DNA of 42,176 bases from Victivallis vadensis (lineage in GTDB: Bacteria > Verrucomicrobiota > Lentisphaeria > Victivallales > GWF2-50-93): the NCBI GenBank assembly GCA_020718525.1, contig DYRX01000002.1:1-42176 (forward strand). Direction: 5' to 3'. A program made the translations under genes and the position numbers. Under the pieces are notes generated by a model. That model was not told where the DNA came from. It saw only the letters and a list, made by a program, of their open reading frames with translations, and searched no databases. Shown here piece after piece: positions 6,276 through 15,848 of the stretch (its first letter is position 1; every line of letters starts with the position of its first letter).

Positions 6276-9200
6276 ATGAAGAATATCTTTCATTTTGCAG
6301 TCTTTGCCATTGCCGTAGTATTGCTTGCAACATCTTCTTCAGCGCAAAGTGGGGCGCCGACCGAATCGGTAAAGCAACTGCCCGATGGAACCATTGTCAG
6401 GAAGGTCAATGGCGGCACAATAACAATGAAACCGGTAAAGAAGGAAAGCCAGCCTGCCGTCCAGCCGGAGGCAAAGACGGAAGACAGATCAGCAAGCACA
6501 GCCGCAGAGGACTACACAAAGGGATTTGAAAAATTTTCGAAACTCGGGCTTCCGGACGTGAGCAGTGCAGTATACGTCAAATTGAATGCACACGGGCTAA
6601 AATTTTATTCTGGAAGAAACAGCATCTACTGGATAAAAGGGGTGAAAGGCAACGCCTGGATGCTCTCTGAAGACAAGAAAGGCAGAAGCAAATTCGTCAC
6701 CGACGAGTCTTCCGTCGTTGAAGTTCTTGACAGCAAGACATACCAGGAGGAGCGGAGCAAAAAAATTCAGGAAGAGGTAAAAAAACAAAAGGAGTCAGGC
6801 AGTGGTCCGGCAGACATGCAGAACATCTTCATGGACTTCTCAGTGGACATGGAGATATCCGGGGACTGGTTCCCTGTCGATCTCAAAGCCGATGTCCAGT
6901 CGGTGACTAACGCGCTCGTGGAGAAAAACGCCCAGACCGAAAAATACCAAAGATTGATTCATTCCAACGAGATGGGACAGCTTTTTCTATTTGCAATCCA
7001 TGTCAGCCAGAAGGGGATGAAAGATGATGCGAACAAAATTGTCTCCCTTCTTTTCGAGAATGCCGGAGGGAGCAAAAATGTCATTCTCGCGGGGCTCAAT
7101 CAGCTCGCAAATTCCCAGTATGATGATGTCTTCCGCACTTATCAGAAGGATGGAGACATCAAAAATTATTCCAATTCCATAGATGCCCTCCTTGCCAAAT
7201 TTCCAGCAGGCTGGCTATATGCGCCCGCGCTGAAAAAACTTAACGGCATCTTGAAAAACCGCATCGCCGCAAAAACGGCGCCGGAACTGACAGGCGAGGG
7301 CATGACCGACGAGGACAAGAAGCTCGCCTCGGAGCTGGCGGATGCCAAGGACAGCGACATGAAGTCCATGAACGGCTATGGCTCAATGATGATGTTCCGT
7401 GGAGCTTACGGTTCAGGGGGACTCTGGATTTTCGGCGACACCGCCAGCAAAGGGAGAAATAACGCCAGAAAAAATGAGGAGCCTGGAGCATTCCAGAAAA
7501 TCCAGATGAGAGGCATGAAGTCTGTGCCACTGCTGATAGCCCTCCTGAAAGACGATTGGCCTACGCAAATTATGGATGATTCAAATTCTCGATTTTCTTT
7601 TTCGGATCTCAGTTCTGTAAGCGAATCGGAGCTGAAAAACATCTATCGTTCAATTTCGCGCCCTCTCACCCGCGGGGAAATCGCACAACAGATGCTGGCG
7701 TCAGCGTTATTGTCAGAAGACGGGGAAAATTCAATGTTCAGGCATTCAATTTACGATGAAGACAACCTGGATGAATTCGCGGAAACATGCCGCGAATGGT
7801 ACATTGCCAACAAGGACAAATCTCAATTTGATCTTGCCAAGAGCTATCTTGAAAATGGGGACGATTTCCAGAAGCAGGAGGCTGTCTCGCGGCTGATCAG
7901 CCTATGCAAAGGCAAAGATGCAAGCCTTGTAGAGGAATATTTTCTGAACGCCGAACAGCCCATGAACAGCATCAATCTTGTCTTCAAGTATGTCGAGGGG
8001 AGAGGTTCCGAGGCAAAACCTTTCGTAGATAAATTCATAAAGCTCATAAAACCTGACAAGGAACAAAACGGAAAAGAAAAAGGGAAGAACGGAAAAAAAA
8101 CGACCGCTGTGATCAAGAAAATAACAGAGGTGCAGGGAAAGGAGTCTGCAACGGAAGCGGCAAAGACTGAGACTCTTGTTGTTGTTGACGGCGTAGAAGC
8201 CATATCGCCTGCGACTCTCGGGGAGCTCGTTAAAGCTGAAGCAGAGGACTCGTTCGATGACGAGTTCTTTATCGAAGATAACGACAGTCAGAACGAATAC
8301 AGGCAGAAGGAGATAGAAGGCGCGGTGAAGCACCTCAACATGCTGGTGTCCAACGAAAATGTCTCCGATATCGTCGCCAAAATAGCCGCATCGGCATCGG
8401 CGGACGATGAAGTCGTCAATTCATATGAGATGCGGACGCTGGCGATGAAAAAACTTAAAAAGGAGCCTATTGACAAGGCTGTCAGCATTGTTTTGGAAGA
8501 GGCGATAAAGAGCAATGCGAAGGAAGCCCGCGTGCGGCTTCTCAACATGCTTCCCGATCTCAACGCAGACGATAAAAGTGCCAGCGTCTATTCGTTCTCC
8601 GCTGTCTTCGGCGATGAGGACGCAGAGGAAGGCGACGGTAAAGCCGTAAAAGAGAAGGCGGATATTTCAAAGACAAGGCATCTGTGGGAAAAGATAATCA
8701 ATGATTTAAAGGATGAAGAACTTGATTCTGCCATTATTGCGGTCGAAATGCTTTACGGAAGCCCTGATGAGACACCTGGGAGAACTGCCTTTTCATATGA
8801 CCGCCGGTTTAAACTTTCCTCCCTGTTGAGCCAGCTTGGTCCTAAATTCAGAGCTTTCGCAGTGGACAGGATGAAACAGCGCATTGCGGGGAAGGTCGAA
8901 AACGAATTGCCGCCGCTTCCTTCCGCAGACAAAGTGGATGACACCAGAAAAAAGGAGATAACCGGGATGCTTATTGGCGCTCCCTCGGAAAATCTTAGAA
9001 AAGTACTAGACGGGCTCAGCTTTGACGAGATGCTTGTTCTTGGAGATCTTGCACAGGACAGCAAGCCGCTCAACGAAAAACTCTTCCCGCTTTCAAATGA
9101 AATAGTCGAAATCAACATGGAATCAAAAACATTGAAAGACGGCGGCAAGATTCTGGCGCTGAAAGGTGGTCAACTGCAGAAAAGCCATGTCCAGATGATT

Positions 9201-9695
9201 CAGGAGCTCTGCCTGACGGCAGTCTCCGCCCTTCCTCCGGAAACTGAATTCAGTATCCGCATCATAAGACGGCCGACATGTAGCGGAACTGAAATTAAAC
9301 TGACAGAGAAAATCCGTGTGCAGAAAGCAAAGGCAGGCGGTGCCGTCCCGCCATCGCCGGAGCGGAAATTCCTCCACGCCAGCGTATATGGAATGCCGGA
9401 TATCCGCGAAAGTAGCGGATGGATGATTAAAGCTGAAGATGCAGGCGGAACTGCCGCAAAGGACGGATCTAAAAGCGAGGAGGATGAACTCCTTGCCGAA
9501 ATGGAAGATGAATTTAGGGACGAGCAGAACGAAGAATACATCAAGTCGCAGAAAAATTTCTGGACGAAAGTAGAGGAATTCTGCAGTCCGAAGTCCATCG
9601 CTCCCAGCGGCGGTGGAATTTACTTCAGCAAAGGCGCAGGCAATTCCGGCTATTTCCGGTCTTATCGCGGCAACAGCCACATTATTTTAGATTGA
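6276..9695 (+). CDS. Orphan secreted protein, 1139 aa, Lys/Glu/Asp-rich and predicted mostly helical
   Basis: It starts 2 nt after the previous stop. The signal peptide is MKNIFHFAVFAIAVVLLATSSSAQS. It is one long uninterrupted ORF, and I recognise no domain in it. Confidence 0.75.
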   Translation: MKNIFHFAVFAIAVVLLATSSSAQSGAPTESVKQLPDGTIVRKVNGGTITMKPVKKESQPAVQPEAKTEDRSASTAAEDYTKGFEKFSKLGLPDVSSAVYVKLNAHGLKFYSGRNSIYWIKGVKGNAWMLSEDKKGRSKFVTDESSVVEVLDSKTYQEERSKKIQEEVKKQKESGSGPADMQNIFMDFSVDMEISGDWFPVDLKADVQSVTNALVEKNAQTEKYQRLIHSNEMGQLFLFAIHVSQKGMKDDANKIVSLLFENAGGSKNVILAGLNQLANSQYDDVFRTYQKDGDIKNYSNSIDALLAKFPAGWLYAPALKKLNGILKNRIAAKTAPELTGEGMTDEDKKLASELADAKDSDMKSMNGYGSMMMFRGAYGSGGLWIFGDTASKGRNNARKNEEPGAFQKIQMRGMKSVPLLIALLKDDWPTQIMDDSNSRFSFSDLSSVSESELKNIYRSISRPLTRGEIAQQMLASALLSEDGENSMFRHSIYDEDNLDEFAETCREWYIANKDKSQFDLAKSYLENGDDFQKQEAVSRLISLCKGKDASLVEEYFLNAEQPMNSINLVFKYVEGRGSEAKPFVDKFIKLIKPDKEQNGKEKGKNGKKTTAVIKKITEVQGKESATEAAKTETLVVVDGVEAISPATLGELVKAEAEDSFDDEFFIEDNDSQNEYRQKEIEGAVKHLNMLVSNENVSDIVAKIAASASADDEVVNSYEMRTLAMKKLKKEPIDKAVSIVLEEAIKSNAKEARVRLLNMLPDLNADDKSASVYSFSAVFGDEDAEEGDGKAVKEKADISKTRHLWEKIINDLKDEELDSAIIAVEMLYGSPDETPGRTAFSYDRRFKLSSLLSQLGPKFRAFAVDRMKQRIAGKVENELPPLPSADKVDDTRKKEITGMLIGAPSENLRKVLDGLSFDEMLVLGDLAQDSKPLNEKLFPLSNEIVEINMESKTLKDGGKILALKGGQLQKSHVQMIQELCLTAVSALPPETEFSIRIIRRPTCSGTEIKLTEKIRVQKAKAGGAVPPSPERKFLHASVYGMPDIRESSGWMIKAEDAGGTAAKDGSKSEEDELLAEMEDEFRDEQNEEYIKSQKNFWTKVEEFCSPKSIAPSGGGIYFSKGAGNSGYFRSYRGNSHIILD

Positions 9696-9734
9696 ATTTT
9701 CATACCTGGAACACGAACTCATCACGGAGGCTTT

Positions 9735-10714
<980 letters not shown>

Positions 10715-10718
<4 letters not shown>

Positions 10719-11590
10719 GCAGACCTCTCTACAAGTATCTGAAGCCGGAGGATATCCGCAAGCTCTCGAGCTTCGAGTTCGCTCCGAAACTTCTTGTAGA
10801 GGGCTTCTTTGCGGGTCGGCACTGTTCCCGCATGCAGGGGCTTTCAACCGAATTCCGCGACTACCGCCAGTATGTTTCCGGCGATGACATCTCCTTCCTG
10901 GACTGGGGCGTATTTGCAAGGACCGACCGCTATTATGTGAAGACATACGAGCAGGAGACCAACACTGTATGCCATATTTTTCTTGACAGCAGTGCTTCCA
11001 TGGGCTTCGGAACCAAAGCGACAAAGCTCGAGTACGGATCTTTCTTTGCCGCCGCGCTCTGCTATCTTGTCACCAGGGGCGGCAACACTGTCTCCCTGCA
11101 GATATTCGATGACCGCATCAGGAATTTCAATCCGCCGGGAAGCACCCCCTCGCATCTGCACAATCTCCTGCATGTCCTCGAGAAAAACAGACCCGGGAAC
11201 GCCACAAATTTGGGGGAGGCGCTCAGACGCTCATTCCCCCTCCTCCATCGCCGTGGTTCGCTGGTGATAATCTCAGATTTCTTCGACGATCCGGTTGAAA
11301 TATTCTCCGCATTGAACCAGTATGTCCACAGAGGCTTCAAGATCTATCTTTTCCACATACTAGCGCCTGAGGAGCTTGACCTTGGAACAAGAGGACTGCT
11401 CAAATTCGTTGACATGGAGAACGACTCTGCGCTCACGGTCCATACGGACAGCATCAGGCCGCACTACGAAAGGGCTATCGCAGGCCACATTGGAGCGATG
11501 CGCGCGCTTTCATGCAGGAAAAAAGTCGAATATACTTTCGCGACAACAGAGACACATTATTTTTCCCTTTTCGAAAAATTGGTCAAATGA
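10715..11590 (+). CDS. DUF58-family protein (VWA-like fold), the usual MoxR partner
   Basis: The GTG start overlaps the MoxR stop (GTGA). Motifs are FRDYRQYVSGDDISFLDW and a DxSxS-like IFLDSSASMGFG. Confidence 0.9.
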
Positions 11591-11600
11591 GCTGATTCCA

Positions 11601-13625
11601 ATGGAAATAGTATTTCAAAATCCGGGATTTCTGCCCTTTCTCCTGCTTGCGGCGGCGCCACTGATTCTCCATCTTTTCGCGCGCGCCAGACCACCTGTGT
11701 ATATGTTCAGCTCAAACAGCCTTCTGCGGAAAATATTGAAATACAGGATGCGGCTAAAAAAACCGCGCGACATGATTCTCCTCGCTGTCAGGACTCTTCT
11801 TTTCTTTTCGCTTGTCATGCTTTTCCTTCTGCCGCTTCTTTTCATGAACAGCAATTTTGCGGCGCCTTTCGAGAAAAAGACAGTGCTTATTATTGTAGAT
11901 GCGACCGCTTCGACCAGCTATCTCGAGGGAGGGCAGACCCGCTTTGCCGCGGGGTGCGCGGAAGCCTCCGAAATAATTTCCGGGCTTGGTTCCGGCGACA
12001 GGGCCAATGTGATATGGCTGAAATATCAGTCATCGGCAGTCTATCCAGCCCCCGGACCGAACATGAATTTTCTACAGCAGGAGCTTCGCAGAGCCTCTGT
12101 AACTGCCGAGACATCAGACATATCCAGCGCCGTCAGCCTCGCTGTCGGCATGCTTGAAAAAGCAGAAGGGCGCAGGCAGATATGCGTCATTTCCGACTTC
12201 CAGGCGTCTGAATGGGGTGAAATCGCCGTGAAAATTCCGAAAACCGTTGACGTCATGACAATATCCACTGGCAAGACTGCGGCGTCAAACCAGTCTGTCG
12301 CGAGGGTTTTCAGCCGCCCGGCAAGTCCGGTCATTGGCGAAGATCTGACGCTGTTCTGCGAGATTCGCAATTTTTCACCTGAGCCGCGCCAATGCACCGT
12401 CTACTTGAAAACCTCTGAAATCCGCCATGAAAAGGAAATCTCAATACCCGCATGGGGGTCTGCGGTGCCAGGCTTCAAATGCTCATTTAAGAATTCCGGA
12501 ATCGTGCCGTATAAATTTGAAATTGGCGAGGATCTCTTCCCGGACGACAATTCAAGGTGGGGCATTCTAAATGTCAGAAAATTCATCAGCGCCGGCGTAG
12601 CCGCAGGAGACGAGAAAAATCGCTCATGCTGGTACAAGGCATTGAAATCAATCGGATGGATCAAGACGGACACAGTTGATATTGACACTATTGGGAAGTC
12701 GCAGGCTGACATCGTTTTCCTCTCTGCATGGAACGGAGAGAACCCGGAAGCGCTTGCATCTTGCATAGGAGCAGGGCACAACGTCGTATGCTGTCCGGCG
12801 GACGGCGCCGATCTCGCAAAATTCTTCAGCATATTGGTTCCGGGCTCCGCCCCCCGGGATACGAAATTTGCGCTCGAAAGCTCTAAAAAGCCGCGCAAAA
12901 TGAAGCTCGCAAGGCAGGACGCGGAGATATTCTCCCTTTTCGCGACGGGAGAATTTGGAGATCCGCTGAAAGGTAATTTCATGACGAGGCTGAATTTCCC
13001 GCCGCTGGCGCTTCCTCCCACCGGAGATGTCCTTCTCGAATATGACGACGGCATCCCGGCATTGGCATCCTACCGCCATGGCAGAGGCGTTTTTTACTTC
13101 TGGAATATTTTTCTTGGAGAAGAGCGCAGTGACTGGGCTTCGAGTCCGCAGTTTGTGCCCTTTATGGGAGAGCTTGTGATGAACGTCTGCCGCGATCCGC
13201 TGGATCTTCCGGAGAAGACAAGCTTTTCTCCAGGGCAAAAAATGGTGTTTGATCTGAAAGGCGACGAATCAGCCGAAGATCTGTCTCTCGCCGGCGAGGA
13301 TGAAAAAATATTGCCGGTGCATCAGATCCTTTCCGCGGATAAGAGATTTTTTGTCAGCGATCCGGCGGAGGAATGCGGTCTCTACACCTGGAAACACAGG
13401 GACAGCACACTGGGATATTCGACTGTGGATTTCGTGCCGATCGAGTCGGATCTCAGGACACTGCCAGAGCAGACGATAGCAAAAATCGGCGCAATATCAT
13501 CCTCCGGTGGCGGAGGAATAAGGGACTTCGTCCATGGAATTGAAGTCTGGCCGTATTTCCTCCTTTTAGCCGTTCTGCTCATTCTGCTTGAAGGTTCTGT
13601 CGCCTTATGGATGGAGAAAACATGA
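11601..13625 (+). CDS. BatA-type N-terminal double-transmembrane domain protein with a degenerate VWA-like module and a C-terminal TM anchor
   Basis: I chose ATG 11601 over the track start at 11376, which overlaps the DUF58 gene. The N-terminus FQNPGFLPFLLLAAAPLILHLFARAR matches the aerotolerance-regulator N-terminal pattern. VLIIVDATASTS is also present, and the last 25 aa are hydrophobic. Confidence 0.8.
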   Translation: MEIVFQNPGFLPFLLLAAAPLILHLFARARPPVYMFSSNSLLRKILKYRMRLKKPRDMILLAVRTLLFFSLVMLFLLPLLFMNSNFAAPFEKKTVLIIVDATASTSYLEGGQTRFAAGCAEASEIISGLGSGDRANVIWLKYQSSAVYPAPGPNMNFLQQELRRASVTAETSDISSAVSLAVGMLEKAEGRRQICVISDFQASEWGEIAVKIPKTVDVMTISTGKTAASNQSVARVFSRPASPVIGEDLTLFCEIRNFSPEPRQCTVYLKTSEIRHEKEISIPAWGSAVPGFKCSFKNSGIVPYKFEIGEDLFPDDNSRWGILNVRKFISAGVAAGDEKNRSCWYKALKSIGWIKTDTVDIDTIGKSQADIVFLSAWNGENPEALASCIGAGHNVVCCPADGADLAKFFSILVPGSAPRDTKFALESSKKPRKMKLARQDAEIFSLFATGEFGDPLKGNFMTRLNFPPLALPPTGDVLLEYDDGIPALASYRHGRGVFYFWNIFLGEERSDWASSPQFVPFMGELVMNVCRDPLDLPEKTSFSPGQKMVFDLKGDESAEDLSLAGEDEKILPVHQILSADKRFFVSDPAEECGLYTWKHRDSTLGYSTVDFVPIESDLRTLPEQTIAKIGAISSSGGGGIRDFVHGIEVWPYFLLLAVLLILLEGSVALWMEKT

Positions 13626-15847
13626 ATCCACTGCTTCCATCTGAATATCTGGCGCTCGTCTTTGCCTCAGTACTTGGCGCTGGCACATGGCTTTCATGGA
13701 AATCATCAATTAAAATGCGACCGGGGCTGAGAGTACTCGTGACTGCCCTCAGAATCATTTCCATAGCCTGTCTTGCAGTGATAGCCTTCAATCCAGGAAA
13801 TTGGAAGTCCCCCGGCGAGCAGAAAAAGAAGGAGATCGCCATTCTCGTTGACAGAAGCCGGAGCATGGATGTCAAAGACAGCGGGGCTTCCTCGCGATGG
13901 GCAGAGGCATGCCGTCTCGCCTCCCGGACTACGGAATTCTTGAAAAAACCGGATTGCATCGAGTCCAGAACATATCCATTTGCAGAAGGTCTCGAGAAAT
14001 CCGCCGAAACAGTTTCTGATCTTGGCGGACTCAAGCCTGATGGCACCGGCACAGGAATTCTCAAGTCATGCTCCATGCTCCTTGAAAAATACAGGGGCTC
14101 CGAGAGACAGCTTTCAGCAATAGTCCTGCTTTCTGACGGCAGAAACACCTGCGCCGGAGATTTGAAGGAGACGACACTCGCCCTCCGTTCCGAAGATGTC
14201 AAAGTCCATGCTGTCGCCATTGGCGGCTATGTGCCTCTTAAAAATCTTTCTGTGATACTGCCGAGAAGGCATTATACGGCTTTTCCGGGACAGTCTGTGA
14301 AAATAACCCCAAAAGTCGCGGCGATGAACACAGGTCCACTGCAAGTGGATTTGACGCTCTCTGATCCTGGCGGAAAAGATATTGAAACGAGGAAACTAAG
14401 CTTGGAAGACAATTCATCCGGGACTGTAGAGTTCAGAATAAATTTCGAGAAGCCTGGCTACTTCAGCTACAGATTGACAGCAAGATCAGCGCTTGAAGAA
14501 AGCAACGGGAGCGACAATCATATGGATTTCCATGTGAGCGTCCTTGAAAAGAAGCTTAAGATCATCTACATCGAAGGCATGCCATACTGGGACAGCAAAT
14601 TCCTCGCACAACTCCTGCGCCAGGATTCGAATATCGAACTCACCACAGTACATCGTCTTTCATCGGAACGCTATTACTCAGTCGGAACCGACACTTCCCG
14701 GACAGAAGAGTCGTCTCAGCCGATCTTCCCGGACAGCATCGGCGAACTGCTTGCCTATGATGCCGTTATAATTGGAAAAGGCGCCGAATATTTTCTGAAT
14801 GCATTCCGTGTCACCCTGCTGAAGGAATATATAAGAGATCATGGAGGTGCAGTTCTTTTCGCAAGAGGACGTCCGGCTGAAAGCGAAGTCCCCGGGCTTG
14901 ACAGCATAGAACCTGCAGTCTGGGGCGAGACAATCAGGACTGATTTCTACTGGGAGCCGACGCCTGATGGCGAGGAGACAGGACTTTTCGGAGATCTTCT
15001 TCCCGGCCGCGCCGATCCGATCTGGAAAGAACTGCCGCCGCTGACATCCGCCCTGCAGGTCGTTGAACTCAAGACATTTGCAAAAGTGCTTGCCGTCGGC
15101 ATTCCATCATCGCAGATTGGCGCGTCGCGCATTTCATTCCCCTGCGTGATCAGCAGAAAATATGGCAAAGGAATCGTCATGACTGTGAACTCCGAAGGGC
15201 TCTGGAAATGGGACTTTTTCCCGGTTTCGGAAAAGGCTCAAAAGTTCTATAGGGAATTCTGGATCCAGGCGATACTCTGGATGGCAAGGCATTCAGACTA
15301 TATGCCAGGGCAGGATTATTCACTGAGGCTCGGCAAAAGAAATCTCATGCCATGCGAGCCGCTTATGATCTCGGTCAGCAGACGCCGCGGAAATGATGGT
15401 ACCGCCAAGCTTCCGCTCGTCAAAGTATTCGATGGAGACAAGGAGGTGAAGCAAACGCCGCTTTCAGAAAACGCAGGCTCCGGAGACAGTTTTTCGGCGC
15501 TCGTCACGATGGATTTTCCAGGAGACTACACCGTCGCCCTTGTAACGGAAAAAGGCTGTAGAATAGCCAGGGAGGCATTCAGCGTGGGAAGACTCCCGCT
15601 CGAAAAGGACAATCTCAGCGCAGACGTGAAATTCCTCGAAACGCTTGTCTCTGAAACGGCGGGACGCATGCTGGAGGAAAAAAATCTGGACGAGATTTTT
15701 CACGACGAGTTGAAAGAGACTGCGGCTGGCGCGGAAAGCTCCATGGCAGTCTGGGATCCGCACTGGGACACTTGGACTGTACTGGCGCTGATGCTCCTGG
15801 TTTTATGCGCGGATATTTATCTGAGAAGAAGGAGCGGGCTGTCCTGA
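13607..15847 (+). CDS. Membrane-anchored VWA-domain protein with a central glutamine-amidotransferase-like (DUF1355/ThuA-like) region
   Basis: It has N-terminal TM helices and a MIDAS-type ILVDRSRSMD. KIIYIEGMPYWDSKF...YDAVIIGKGAEYF suggests a GATase-like fold, and there is a C-terminal TM helix. An alternative start, ATG 13622, forms an ATGA overlap with the upstream stop. Confidence 0.8.
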   Translation: MDGENMNPLLPSEYLALVFASVLGAGTWLSWKSSIKMRPGLRVLVTALRIISIACLAVIAFNPGNWKSPGEQKKKEIAILVDRSRSMDVKDSGASSRWAEACRLASRTTEFLKKPDCIESRTYPFAEGLEKSAETVSDLGGLKPDGTGTGILKSCSMLLEKYRGSERQLSAIVLLSDGRNTCAGDLKETTLALRSEDVKVHAVAIGGYVPLKNLSVILPRRHYTAFPGQSVKITPKVAAMNTGPLQVDLTLSDPGGKDIETRKLSLEDNSSGTVEFRINFEKPGYFSYRLTARSALEESNGSDNHMDFHVSVLEKKLKIIYIEGMPYWDSKFLAQLLRQDSNIELTTVHRLSSERYYSVGTDTSRTEESSQPIFPDSIGELLAYDAVIIGKGAEYFLNAFRVTLLKEYIRDHGGAVLFARGRPAESEVPGLDSIEPAVWGETIRTDFYWEPTPDGEETGLFGDLLPGRADPIWKELPPLTSALQVVELKTFAKVLAVGIPSSQIGASRISFPCVISRKYGKGIVMTVNSEGLWKWDFFPVSEKAQKFYREFWIQAILWMARHSDYMPGQDYSLRLGKRNLMPCEPLMISVSRRRGNDGTAKLPLVKVFDGDKEVKQTPLSENAGSGDSFSALVTMDFPGDYTVALVTEKGCRIAREAFSVGRLPLEKDNLSADVKFLETLVSETAGRMLEEKNLDEIFHDELKETAAGAESSMAVWDPHWDTWTVLALMLLVLCADIYLRRRSGLS

Positions 15848-15848
15848 C

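Noticed and set aside
8041-8110. A purine-rich AAA/GAA tract inside the 1139-aa gene, considered as a slippery or repeat element
   Set aside because: It is in-frame Lys/Glu/Gly-rich coding sequence (KPDKEQNGKEKGKNGKK) with no periodic nucleotide repeat.
11376-11600. The 75-codon upstream extension of the BatA-like ORF
   Set aside because: It overlaps the DUF58 gene in another frame. ATG 11601 yields the canonical double-TM N-terminus immediately.
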